Assembly (NCBI GenBank): GCA_964016885.1
Contig: OZ024756.1
Location: forward strand, 40,238,001-40,302,000
Reading direction: 5' to 3'
DNA from: Eledone cirrhosa
Taxonomy: Eukaryota
Length of the DNA stretch: 64,000 nucleotides
Shown one piece after another: positions 13,649 to 28,270 of this stretch. Under the pieces are notes generated by a model. That model ran no database searches, was not told the origin of the DNA, and saw only the letters and a list, made by a program, of their open reading frames with translations. The translations under genes were made by a program, and so were the position numbers. Positions within the stretch are counted from its first letter, which is position 1; every line of letters begins with the position of its first letter.

Positions 13649-16600
13649 ATTAAAATATTGTAATGGAAGGGTTAGAGACATAGACAGTGTCTATCATTAG
13701 AAATAAGGTAATGAAAGGGTTAATGAGAAAAGAATTACTTCAGCAAGTATAACTAAGATGTATCTGTCTAACCAGCCACAACAACAACAACACAGTGCTT
13801 ACCTTATCTGTAGCCTGGACCTCTAGTTTACAGAGCTGCTCTTGCAAACGTTCCAATTGTTTCTTTTTCTTATCATACATACTGTAAAATAAAGAGTCAG
13901 TAGATACATTAAGGAGCAGAAAAGACAGATCTTTTATGATGGTAAATGAAGAGTTATCAAAGATAAAAGGAGAGGAAGTGAGGAGAGGAGATTAGCTTTA
14001 AACATCCTATAAGGATTTAGAAGAAAATATCTCAAAATGAGTTAATTCAAATATTTACTGTGTCTTTACTAAAATTCAATCAAACAGCTGGATGTTGACA
14101 TCAACCAGTTTGAGAAGGCCGAGATTAAGGTGTAGCAAAATGAAGGACATGTGGTTCACACACTGGGATATGACAGAATGAAGTGTAACATTTTCAGGCG
14201 ATAAGATGACGATATATCATCATGTGTCTCTATATTTCTAACATTGGCACAAGGCCTGGACTTTTGGGGGGGAAGGGGATAGTCAATTATGTCGACCCCA
14301 GTAATGAAGAAGGAGAGGGAAGAGGAGGACAACAGCAACAAAAAAATCACCTTTTAGCTTTCTCTGTTTTGAGATTCTTATAGTCACTCTTGGCATCTTT
14401 TACCTGTTTTTTACCATCTTTGATGATGTCCATCTTTGCTTTTATCTAAAGAATAACAATTACAACAATTATTACAACATTTGCCAGTATGGAAAACAAA
14501 CATAAAATGGTGATGATGATGATACTTGCATATATTCACTGAAAATAAACAGATTCATGTGGAGTAGATTGACTTTCTCATTATATATCTCTTTATTCCT
14601 GCTTGTGTATCATACATTTAATTTTAATTTTAATAAAATCTTGCTAATGCTGCTTTATGCGGTGCAAGATGTTTAAGAAATTTTTTTTAAATACTGAAAA
14701 ATTACACAAACCTTATTCTGCAAATTCTCCATTTGTTTGCTGAAATTTTTAGGCACTGACCGCTGATGGTTACATAACACTGCCACTGCTCGGTTTGCAC
14801 GGTTGTAGGACAGGAGTTTAGCTGTGATTGTGTCTTCCGCTGGAAATAACAAGAACAAGTTAGTATTAGAAGAGAACAGAAAATACTATATATCATCATC
14901 ATCGTCGTTTAACGTTCATTTGCCATGTTTAGACGGGTCGTCCACATTTCGAGACATGTCAGGTCCAGAGACCACACCTTGCCCATACAGATCTGTATTT
15001 TGGCTTGGTTTCTACAGCTGGATGACCTTCCTAACACCATTTACAGTGTGGACCAGGTGCTTATTCTTGTGGTACCAGCACAACCAATGTTACAGTGTGG
15101 ACCAGGCGCTTTTGTTGTTGTGGTACTGGATCAGAAATACAGGGTGGACTTTGTGCTTTTCGTCATGTTCCGCAACACTTCACCTAAGCACTAACTAATC
15201 CATCCACAGCACAACTTTAACCCTTTCATTAATATATTTTTAATTAAAAAGACATTGCCCGTGTATTTCAAATAATCAAGATTTTGGAGGGATTTATAAA
15301 TGAATTTCTCATTATTTTGGGGACATAATTAAACATAAAACTATGAAAGAACGTTTTAGACAAATATAGACACATTACAACAAACAGTTTGGTATTGTAG
15401 AATGAGGGTTTGGTATGAAAAGAATTAATACTAACGGTTAGTCAGGAGATCTAGCTGTTCTTGCAGTGTCTTGGAGGCATTGAACGTCCTGAACACTTTA
15501 GCTGTCAGACCTTCCATTAAGTCATGTAGATGTTTGTTCAAAGTGGCCGTCTGAAAAACAGGAAGAAAGCAGTTGTAGTAGATATATTTTAGATATATAT
15601 GTATGTATATAATTAAAACAATGCTGTCTGTGATCGAGACTAAATGAGATTGTATTTCATTGAATACATATAAAAATGAGAAAAACTCATTGCTAGAACA
15701 GCTGTCAATGACAGCAATGTCCCAGGAGACAGAGACCAGCAGCCAGTAAGTCCACCCAATTTTCATTGTTAATATCAAATGGCTGCAACTTGATACCAGC
15801 GTTTGTTTTGGTACTGATTTCTGCTGTATTCTAGATTAAAATCTTGCATCATTCAACTGTGAGTCAGACTCTGTTGAATGTTGATTTTTGTCCACAAATA
15901 AACGCCTTAAATATCGCGGATGAAAAGTTGCACTTTCGCCAAATGAAGACTATGTACAACAGTCACATATAAGTTACCTCCTTTTAAGACGGTTTGGTTG
16001 ACAGTCAAACTGGAAGTTATTTCCCTCCATACTGTACGAGTTTATGTCAGATATTATTCTACCAAAGTATCATATATAACATTAATAGAATACTGGGAGA
16101 GGGGAGAGAGAGATAGAGTGAGAGTGAAAAATAAAAGAAACGGGAGAAGGTAGTAGACAGACAGATATATGGAATTACAAGTCTTACATTTAATCTGTCG
16201 AACAAGTCATCACCCGGTTGTTTATTTTCCATAAACAGCTGCAGGTTCTTGAAAACACGTTTCTCCACAGGCACTTTGTTCTGGTAACGGATGGAATCTT
16301 TACCAAGGAAATCAAACTCCACCACAAATTCTTTATTGTCAATCTCCGGATGTAGAGTGATGTGTTCCACACGGAGAGAACAACAACCAACTGTATCAGC
16401 AGTTTCCCCCTCCTCTTTCTCGTTACCTGCCCTCAAAGCAAGCTGCAAACAAAATGAGAATCATTATGTTATTGTTGTTGTTGCTGCTGCTATTGTTTAG
16501 CCCTCAAAGCAAGCTACTAACAAACAAGATAAAAATCATTACCAGAGCCACAGCCTGGGTATATTTAGTACCCTAGGCTAGCCCTATCATGTGCGTACTC

Positions 16601-19600
16601 AGCTCCTAAATAAGCTAATTTCAACTTACTCTTTGGGAAGCTGATGAACCTAGTTTTTGACATATCTTGCTCAGACCACACTAGACTGCATTTTCCACTA
16701 CACAGCCCACACTCACCCATGCCAAACACCATATGATCCTCACCACCATTTCGGATATTTGTCTTTCATTAGAAATATGATAATGAAAGTACTAATGACA
16801 TAGATAGTCTTTCATTAGAAATATAGTTATGAAATAATAATTTTAATGTCCAAAAAGCTTTTTCCTCAATTAACTGAAATTGAGTGTATTTCATCAACAG
16901 ACCAGTGGTGTTCATACTCTGTGGGTTTATCTGGTTTATGAAATTTAATACAATTAAACACATACCACTAACGTTATTGATGAACTGTAATACAACTAAC
17001 CTTATCAATGGACTATAATACAACTAAACACACCACTAACCTTATCAATGGACTATAATACAACTAAACACACCACTAACCTTATCAATGGACTATAATA
17101 CAACTAAACACACCACTAACCTTATCAATGGACTATAATACAACTAAACACATCACTAACCTTATCAATGGACTATAATACAACTAAACACACCACTAAC
17201 CTTATCAATGGACTATAATACAACTAAACACATCACTAACCTTATCAATGGACTATAATACAACTAAACACATCACTAACCTTATCAATGGACTATAATA
17301 CAACTAAACACACCACTAACCTTATCAATGGACTATAATACAACTAAACACATCGCTAACCTTATCAATGGACTATAATACAACTAAACACATCACTAAC
17401 CTTATCAATGGACTATAATACAACTAAACACATCACTAACCTTATCAATGGACTGTAATACAACTAAACACACCACTAACCTTATCAATGGACTATAATA
17501 CAACTAAACACACCACTAACCTTATCAATGGACTATAATACAACTAAACACATCACTAACCTTATCAATGGACTATAATACAACTAAACACACCACTAAC
17601 CTTATCAATGGACTATAATACAACTAAACACACCACTAACCTTATCAATGGACTATAATACAACTAAACACACCACTAACCTTATCAATGGACTATAATA
17701 CAACTAAACACATCACTAACCTTATCAATGGACTGTAATACAACTAAACACATCACTAACCTTATCAATGGACTGTAATACAACTAAACACATCACTAAC
17801 CTTATCAATGGACTGTAATACAACTAAACACATCACTAACCTTATCAATGGACTATAATACAACTAAACACACCACTAACCTTATCAATGGACTATAATA
17901 CAACTAAACACACCACTAACCTTATCAATGGACTATAATACAACTAAACACATCACTAACCTTATCAATGGACTGTAATACAACTAAACACATCACTAAC
18001 CTTATCAATGGACTGTAATACAACTAAACACATCACTAACCTTATCAATGGACTGTAATACAACTAAACACATCACTAACCTTATCAATGGACTATAATA
18101 CAACTAAACACACCACTAACCTTATCAATGGACTATAATACAACTAAACACATCACTAACCTTATCAATGGACTATAATACAACTAAACACATCACTAAC
18201 CTTATCAATGGACTGTAATACAACTAAACACACCACTAACCTTATCAATGGACTGTAATACAACTAAACACATCACTAACCTTATCAATGGACTGTAATA
18301 CAATTAAACACATCACTAACCTTATCAATGAAGTATAAGGCAACAGCTCTTTGTCGAATCCTCATCTCTTTTGATTTCCAATCCTCCCGATATGTTGCAC
18401 GAATCTTGTCTACGTGCTTGTATAAGCGCCGAGCCACTTCATACTTTTGCCAATCTTTCTCCCCTTTTAAGCGAGATGCTGCATTTAGCATAACATATTT
18501 GGTTTGGCCCTGGATGTTCTCTGACCAGCATGCTAACCAACTGACCTGTAGGACAACAACAACAACATTTAAATAACATATCTTTCTCTTTATTGAGTTC
18601 TACAAAAATTTTAATAATTTATGAAAACAAAACAAAAAAAAACAAACAAATAATATAATAATTGTTTCTACCTTTGGCACAAGGCCAGCAATTACCTTTA
18701 TTTTATTGACCTCGTAAGGATGAAAGGCAAAGTTGACCTCGGATCATAAAGGGCCGTAACTCTATGCTGCAAAGCATGGCGTCCGACGCTCTACCGATAC
18801 TGCCAATCCACCCTAAATAATATAATAATGTAAACAATTCATCATCATCATCATTATTATTTAAAAATAAAAAAATAGACTCTTTTATTGATTTTAATCG
18901 TGAAAAATGGTGTTTAACTTAAAATGGTTGTTACTGTTATGTCACCTCAGAAATGTTAGTTTTAGTGTTGGTGGTGGTGGTGAGGGTAGGGATTATGGTG
19001 GTGATGGTAGTGATGGTGAAGAGTGATGGTGACAACGATGAGGGTGAGAATTATGGTGGTGGTGAGGATGGTGGTAATCAACAACTCAACTCACCTTATT
19101 GTCTGCTTGGACCTTTTTCCATCTATGTCCAGCAGGAGGCTGAGGAATTTTAGAATCTCTGAAATAATGGAGTTTAATAATAATATTAATAATAAGGTCT
19201 TGATATGGTATTAAACTAGCTACATTATATATAATATGGTATTAAACTAGCTACATTACATATAATATGGTATTAGGTTAGCTATATTATATATAATATG
19301 GTATTAAACTAGCTACATTATATATAATATGGTATTAGGTTAGCTACATTATGTATAATATGGTATTAAACTAGCTACATTATATATAATATGGTATTAG
19401 GTTAGCTACATTATATATAATATGGTATTAAACTAGCTACATTATATATAATATGGTATTAGGTTAGCTATATTATATAATATGGTATTAAACTAGCTAC
19501 ATTATATATAATATGGTATTAGGTTAGCTATATTATATATAATATGGTATTAAACTAGCTACATTATATATAATATGGTATTAAACTAGCTACATTATAT

Positions 19601-22600
19601 ATAATATGGTATTAGGTTAGCTACATTATATATAATATGGTATTAGGTTAGCTATATTATATAATATGGTATTAAACTAGCTACATTATATATAATATGG
19701 TATTAGGTTAGCTATATTATATAATATGGTATTAAACTAACTATATCATATATAATATGATATTAGGTTAGCTATATTATATAATATGGTATTAAACTAG
19801 CTACATTATATATAATATGGTATTAGGTTAGCTATATTATATAATATGGTATTAAACTAGCTACATTATATATAATATGGTATTAGGTTAGCTATGTTAT
19901 ATAATATGGTATTAAACTAACTATATCATATATAATATGGTATTAAACTAACTATATCATATATAATATGGTATTAACCCTTTAGCATTTACATTACTCT
20001 ATATATAATATTGTATTTTTGTGATAAAGGCCACATCTCACATAATTATCTCACACAATATTGAATCTAGGAGATTTTGATATCATTTATTTTGAGAATA
20101 CCTTAATGTCAGTATGAGTGGCTAGTTACAGCCAGTTTAAATAGAAAGAGGTGAGAGAATTCTGGTCGGATATGTCCGGTTTGAATGCTAAAGGGTTAAA
20201 CTAACTACATCATATATAATATGGTATTAAGTTAGCTATATTATATATAATATGGTATTAAGTTAGCTATATTATATATAATATGGTATTAAGTTAGCTA
20301 TATCATATATAATATGGTATTAAGTTAGCTATATTATATATAATATGGTATTAAGTTAGCTATATTATATATAATATGGTATTAAGTTAGCTATATTATA
20401 TATAATATGGTATTAAGTTAGCTATATCATATATAATATGGTATTAAGTTAGCTATATTATATATAATATGGTATTACGTTAGCTATATTATATATAATA
20501 TGGTATTACGTTAGCTATATTATATATAATATGGTATTACGTTAGCTATATTATATATAATATGGTATTAAGTTAGCTATATTATATATAATATGGTATT
20601 AAGTTAGCTATATCATATATAATATGGTATTACGTTAGCTATATTATATATAATATGGTATTACGTTAGCTATATTATATATAATATGGTATTAAGTTAG
20701 CTATATTATATATAATATGGTATTACGTTAGCTATATTATGTATAATATGGCATTAAGCTGGCTATATATATATGGTATTACGTTAGCTATATTATATAA
20801 TATGGTATTAAGTTAGCTATATCATATATAATATGGTATTACGTTAGCTATATTATATAATATGGTATTAAGTTAGCTATATTATATATAATATGGGATA
20901 AAGCTGGCTATATTATATATAATATGGGATAAAGCTGGCTATATAACCTCACAACCAAGCCAATACTCATCCTAAATGGGTTCAGTCAGAGCTGACATAC
21001 ATGTACTAATATCACCAACAACAATAAACTAAATTTAAAACTTACTTGCTACAATTAATTATCACATCCTCTGGTTGTGTCCTCCTCTTTAACATTCCCT
21101 GCTTTGGGTGGTCACCTCGACCCCGGAACAGACCTGGTGGTTCAATTCGAAAGTTACCAATTTTCTCTTTGTGGCCATCCATAATACAGTAACCATATTC
21201 TGCCTGAATCTGCTCATTTTTCTTCTTTAATGCCTGCAGGAAATAGAAACGAAATGAAATGAAATTTACAGTTCACACCTATGGAAGTTTAGCTGGTCTC
21301 TTATAAGACTGCATCTCAAAGAAGCCTCTTGTAGGTTTTCATTATAGGCAGTAACGGTAGAGGGTCGGACGCCATGCTTTGACGCATAGAGTTACGACCC
21401 TTGCCATTCTGAGTTCAAATCCCGCCAAGGTTAACTTTATTTTATCGACCCCATAAGGATGAAAGGCAAAGTACCAGTAATGCACTGGGATAATTGCTGG
21501 CCTTGTGCCAAAAGTAAAAACAATTATAGGAGGCTGTACTGGGAGTCTACAGTGACTGTACTAAAGTTCCATGAGTTAGGTTCTAAGTTTCAGCTACTTT
21601 GTTATAAACATAATATTAAATGTCCAATCTCTAAGAATAAACATTTCGCTTCTGACAGCTATTCTCAATGTATAGCAATCTGAAAATCAAATGAAATTTC
21701 CTGATATTCCTCCTCCATACACACGCATGCCTGTGTGGGTGTGTCTGTGTGTATATCATGGCTCATACATTGTTCACTTTCCTGATATTTGTACATTATT
21801 CTATGTACTATACATGCACCTTTGATGAGTTGTAGTGCACCTGAACACTGTACACAATAATTTTCATTATATTATATATGCCACATGAAAATTACATTAA
21901 TTCAATTTAACCCTTTAGCATTTAAACCGGCCATATCCGGCCAGAATTCTCACCTTTTCTGTTCAAACCAGCTGTAACTGGCTGCTCATACTTATGTTAA
22001 GGTATTGTTCTCAAAATAAATAATATCAAGATCTTGCAGATTCGATATTATGTGAAATAATAAAGTGTTTTCCATGAAAATACAATAGTTAATATAGAGT
22101 AATCATCATCATCATCGTTTTACGTCCATTCTTCCACACTAGCACGAGTTAGACGGGTTGTCCTGTTGTAAGCAGTGTCCAGTCGGCTGACCTTGTCTTG
22201 CTCATACAGGAACTGATTCTGGCTTGATTTCTAACACCAACCTCATTTACAGTGAGTGCTGGGTGCTTTTTTCCGTGGCCCCTACACGTCCACTTTACAG
22301 TGTGGGCTGGGTGCTTTTTTGCTGTGGCACTTCCACGGCCACTTTGCAGTGGGAGGGTGTGGGGGCATATTGTCTATATGCGTCAGCTTCGGCTTGTTCC
22401 TGTGGGGGGGGGGGGGTCTTCTGTGTTACTGCGTGACGCCAGAGGTCACGGTCGTGTGTCATTGCTCGAGAGGTGCAATTGGGTAAGGTTGACCTTTATC
22501 ACCTCATCCCAGGTCTTCTTAGGTCTCCCCACTTCACGGCTTCCATCGACTTCTAGTGCTCTGCACCTTTTTATGCAGCTGTCATCCTTCATACGCATCC

Positions 22601-25600
22601 AACATAACCTCCTCTCCTGCACACAGCATTTGATTCCTCTGATGCTCAGTCTCTCTCTCAATTCGTTTATACTTTGCCGTTCGCGTATATTACTATTACA
22701 CATCCATCAGAGCAAGAAAGCTTCGTTTCTTTCTAATCTGCGCAAGTCCTCTACACACAGTGCCCAGGTTTCACTTCCATGTAACATTGTTGTTCGTATT
22801 CATACATCATACAGTCTGCTTTTCATGCTAAAGGGTTAAACATACATACCAGCTTTTCCTCTTTAGTTCTGTTTTTCCTCTCTTCTGACTGTTCAGTGAA
22901 AAAAGCATGCATATCTCTGAAATCACATTTTTTGAGATCTGTAAGTGTCTCTTTCTCAGACTGTGTCATCATCTGCAGAGAAAAACAAATACAATTTCCT
23001 TTAATAATAATGGTTAGGTTTCTTTATTCGCCACAAAGGCTTACAAATAGAATACAGTAAACATTGTAAACATAGGGGTTACAATACATGTGAGTCTGAC
23101 CAAAGATATGTATTATCAACATACTGGGGGCCCTGGATTTCCCTTAAGGCATTTCTTTGGCGAGTTCATCTACACCTTCGGAACTAAAGTACTTTATCTC
23201 TTTATATACATCTTTTGTTGTAATAATCATGATAATGGTTTCTAACAGGTACAAGACCAGAAATTCAATTCTATTGACCTCAGTAGTTTAATGGTACATT
23301 ATTTTATGAACCTCTTCCACAATCCTGGAAAGATGAAATGTAAAGTTGACCTTGTTAGGATTCTTCTTCTTCGCCCACGTATTCCTGAGAGGGTCATGGG
23401 GGTAGTGCCCTCAAACCATGACATAGTAGTAGCTAGTAAGACAAAATTGGTGGTGTACCTGAACCGTAACCATGACATAGTAATAGCTAGTGTGTATGTG
23501 TGTTCTTGGTAGAGTGTGAGAACATATTTATAAACACACATGAAAAAAAAAAAGCTAAAACAGACAATAACAATGAAAGATAAACTGACCTTTCTCCAAT
23601 TTTTAAAGAAATTTTTGTTAAATATTTCACTTTTGGTGTAGTCGTGTTCTAACATCTTTGCATAGAAGCCTGCAACTTCTTCAGCATCCTGACCAAGTTT
23701 CATAACTTTACCTACAACATGTTACAATCAATCATGAGAGAGGTGTTAAAATGGTGCTAATTGTCTTCAACCCTCCTCTTATTAATTCTTCTGGAACTGA
23801 CACTGGTTGGAAGTCTACAGTCATACAAAGTTGTTTATCCGGCCAGAATTATGTCACCTCTTTCTGTTCAAACTGGCCACTCATACTGATGTTAAGTATA
23901 TATTATATAGTAAATGCTAAAAAGTTAAAAGTATTTAAATTTAATTTTAAAACTTCCATTATTATTCAAAGAGCAACTTAAAAGTGGACAAATTTAGTTA
24001 TTTTACTAAAACCATCAACATTTACAGTAAACTAAAACGTAAAGACTTTAATTTTTCATGTGATTCAGTTATAGTACTATTTTGTACTTTTCAAGAATGT
24101 CTTGCTAATGTGTTCTCCTTCGGTACAGCACGTTATGGGTTAAAAAAAACAACAACCTAAATAAATAACTTACCTTCATATTTAAAAATTACATTATCAG
24201 GTAAAGGGTCGTAATCTGGAGCAAACAATGGCCCTTTATGTTCAAGGAAAGTCCACTTCACACCATCATCTCTCCTTTCTTCTTCCCACCTAAAAAGAGA
24301 CAATAAATAATATAAATAAACAAAGATAAATGGTTGAAAGATGGAGGAGTAAAGTTATGCCAGAAAAATTTTAGACCCATTGTGGTTCGACAATTAGTAA
24401 CGAGGATGGATATATCTGGTGTAATACTTCATTTTTGTACATTAAGATACACAAGTGATGTGAAATTAGGGGTTAATGTAAATTAATCAATTTAATGCTC
24501 AGATTTTAGTACATGGATTTATTCCTATATACTAAAATACAGCTTAACCCTTTAGCATCTAAACCAACCCACAATGTAAAGTGGTTGTGTAGGAGTCACG
24601 ACAAAAAGCACTCAGTCCACTCTGTAAAGTGGTTGTGTAGGTGTCATCACAAAAAGCACCCAGTCCACTCTGTAAAGTGGTTGTGTAGGTGGCACAACAA
24701 AAAGCACCCAGCCCACACTGAAAAATAATCATGTAGGTGTTAAGACAAAAAGCACCCAGTCCACTCTGTAAATGTGGTTGGCATTAGGAAGGGGATCCAG
24801 CTATAGAAATGAAGCTAAAAGCAGTTCTGTATGAGCAGGACATGGTCACCCTATCTGACTCGTCTCACAAAGGGACAATTAATTGAGAGAGAGACTACAG
24901 GACAATACATTAGTAACCGAGATGAAACATTGGACTAATTAAAGGATCTTACCATTTCCAGACTGTTTGCTGTTCTTCATTATCCTTCCTTTTCTTACCA
25001 TCTCTTTTGATGGGGGATTCCATCTCAGTTCTCCCTTCCCTCTTGATTTTTTTCTTCTGGAATTGAAGGAAAAATTGGAATAGAAAAATGTTCTTCACAT
25101 ATACATACATACATAGTGATGTAGATGTACATACACACACTGATATACATATATGTACATATATACATGCACTGTATATCTATATACACGTACACACGTT
25201 TCTGGGTTCAGCCCCATTGTTATGTTCCAAACATTTTACTAAATTCTTGAAAAAGTGTTTTTAATTAATTCAAATACACACAGATGGTGAATCTTCTTAG
25301 AAATATGGCAACAAAAGGGTTAAAAGTTCAAACAATTACTATAACAACAAATATATAATTTACCTTTATCATTTCCATAGGCTCTTCAAACTTTCTCTTC
25401 CTATTTTCAATATCTTCTTTCTTAATTTTAGCCTTCAATTTCTCAGACCTGAAAGATTACATAAAAAAAACGTTATTTAGAATTCAATTGTCCCAATGTA
25501 TATGATTATAATAATAATAGCAGTTAAACTGGCTCTATCTATTATTGTATTTTTGTGGTAAAGGCTTTAACTCACATAATATTGAATCTATGAGATTTTG

Positions 25601-28192
25601 ATATTATTTATTCTGAGAACAATACATTAGCGTCAGTATGAGTGGCCGGTTACGGCTGGTTTGAACAGAAGGAGGTGAGAGAATTCTGGCCAGATATGGT
25701 TGGCTCAAATGCTAAAGGGTTAATGTTTGCTACATAATGTTAACCTAGTGATATATTGTATCATCATCATCATTTAACATCCATTTTTCCTGCTAGCAAA
25801 GAAAGACCACATTAGACAAGGCAGTCGCTAATATAGAAACAGATGAGATGGTCATGACTAGAATGTCTAAAAGTCACTATAACTACGAAAGCACAAACTC
25901 TGAGCCAGTTTCTCACTTTAGTCCTCGGACAAAGGTCTGCTGAATAAGGACTGAGTTGGAACTAAATAATGAAGGTGAAAGAATGAAAAACTGAGAGGTA
26001 CATACTGCATTTTAGCCTTATATTTCTCCTGCAGAGGCTCATCATCGCTTTCAACCTTCATCTTCTTTATAGCAACGTCATCTGGCTTTCTTTTTATCTA
26101 GAACAAATAACAAAGTTGAACAACATGAAGGTGGCTACCATACACGAGAGAGGATAGGGAGGGGGTCAGTCACACACTCGAGGGGAGGATTCAACTATAT
26201 ACACATACACGAGATGGGGAGGGAGGTAGCTCTCTCTCTCTCTCTTTATATATATATATATACATGGGAGAGAGAGAGATTTAAACACATATACATGGAA
26301 GAGAGAGAAAGGAAATTTAACCATATACACACACACACAAGAGGGGAGATTTATCTACACCCACAAGAAGGGAGGAAGAATTTAACCCTTTTCATACAAA
26401 GGTGCCTGAAACCAGTCCTGGTTTAACGATTTAACATCCAGAACCACATGAAACCACAATTTTTTTTAAAAGTACAAAACAGCACTATGGCTAAATCATA
26501 TTAAAAATGAACTCTTTCGATACCAACATGCCCACTTTCAAGTCTTGAATACCCCCCACCCCCCACTCTATTAATTTTTTCCCAACTAAAATAAAGTAAG
26601 ATAAAAAATATGTACTTACCAATGGAATATCATCATCACTCATCGGTTCTCGCTTAATCTTGCCAGGTGATACCTTTAACAGAACACTACTATTAGAGTT
26701 GTGTTTTGATGAACACATATTGTTTATGTGTTTAAACTCTTGTTTAACAGGCGTGCTAGGTTCACTCTTCACTACACTACTTTTTGCTACTTTCTCCTCC
26801 CGATGTTCATTCCGTTCTTTCTTGCGATCCTCACTCGATTTCTCTGACTTCACCATCGATGAGTCACTCGGTTTGTGCTTGCTCTTCTCCTTCAGTTTAT
26901 CGTTGAATGAAGAGGATGACGATGAGCTCTTCTCTTTGTGACGGTCTTTGTGTTTCTCTGAGTTGTGCGAACTACTTTTACTTGATGATGATGACGACCC
27001 ATGCTTATCTGACGACGTTAATGATGATGATGATGAAGTATGTTTCGAAGAATGCTTGTCTTTGTGCTTGTCTGAGTGACCGTCACGGTGCTTATCAGAA
27101 CTAGATGACTTCTTGGGTTTATCCGAATGTCCATCTCTGTGTTTGTCAGAGGTGGAGGAGGAGGAATGCTTGGAACTACTATGACTGTCTTTGGATTTGG
27201 AAATATGTCCATCTTTCATTTTAATATGATTATTTGTACTAGCCGTGTTGGAGTGGTTATTTACAGTACCATGATTGTTGACTTTCAACTTCAGTTCTAC
27301 AACAGAAATATTACAATAGTTAGATAGATAGAACAGTTAGAGAGAGAGAGAGAGAGAGAATCCTTTCAACATCTTTTTCACTCCGACAGCCTGCCAATGT
27401 TTCAACACCATCAAAACACTAACAGAACAGCCAACCATTTCATTACCATATTTTCAATGAAAGACACTGCCTACAATTTTCAAATAATATTGAAATTAAT
27501 AAAAAATTTAGAGGGATTTAGTATCATAAACAACTTTTCCAGAAGATGTTGTATGCCGAGCATAGCATTTGCATAAACACTTTAAAACAGTTTTCTATCC
27601 TACAATCTGGGACACTATCAAAAGGGTTACTATACAAATATTAACCCTTTTGATAGAATGCCAAGGTTGTTTCATCTGCAGGGAAGGTGATGATGGCCTC
27701 TGTTTATTGACTATATTTAAAAGGCTCACATCATCAATTATTATGCTAACTTGTTTAGGCAGTAACAAAAGGCTATCAAGACCAAACGCCCAGGAAAACT
27801 GTCGGAAGGGGTTTTGTTTCATCAGGGCAATACTCCAGCACACAAGTCCTTGGTTTCAATGGCTGCTGTGCATGACTGTGTCTTTGAACTGGTTGGTTAT
27901 CTTCTCTATTCTCCTCATTTGGCCCCATCTACTCCCCAACATGAAAAAACACTTGGCTGGGAACCACAGTGATGATGACATATCTGTTTTTGATGACCTT
28001 TTTTTACCAACAGCATGAAAGCTTCTCCACTAATGTGATCCAAGCATTGCAAAACCAATGGAAGAAGTGTGTGGACCACAAGGCACAAGGGGGATTATAC
28101 TGAAAAATAAACCTCATTTGGTCCACATTTCATGACAGGACCTTGGTCAGCCTTTGAACTTTTTGGTCAACCCTCGTTTGTATATATACATA

Positions 28193-28270
<78 letters not shown>

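Noticed and set aside
21400-21430. tRNA gene (GTTCAAATCCC B-box)
   Set aside because: There is no cloverleaf; it is the head of the multi-copy SINE.
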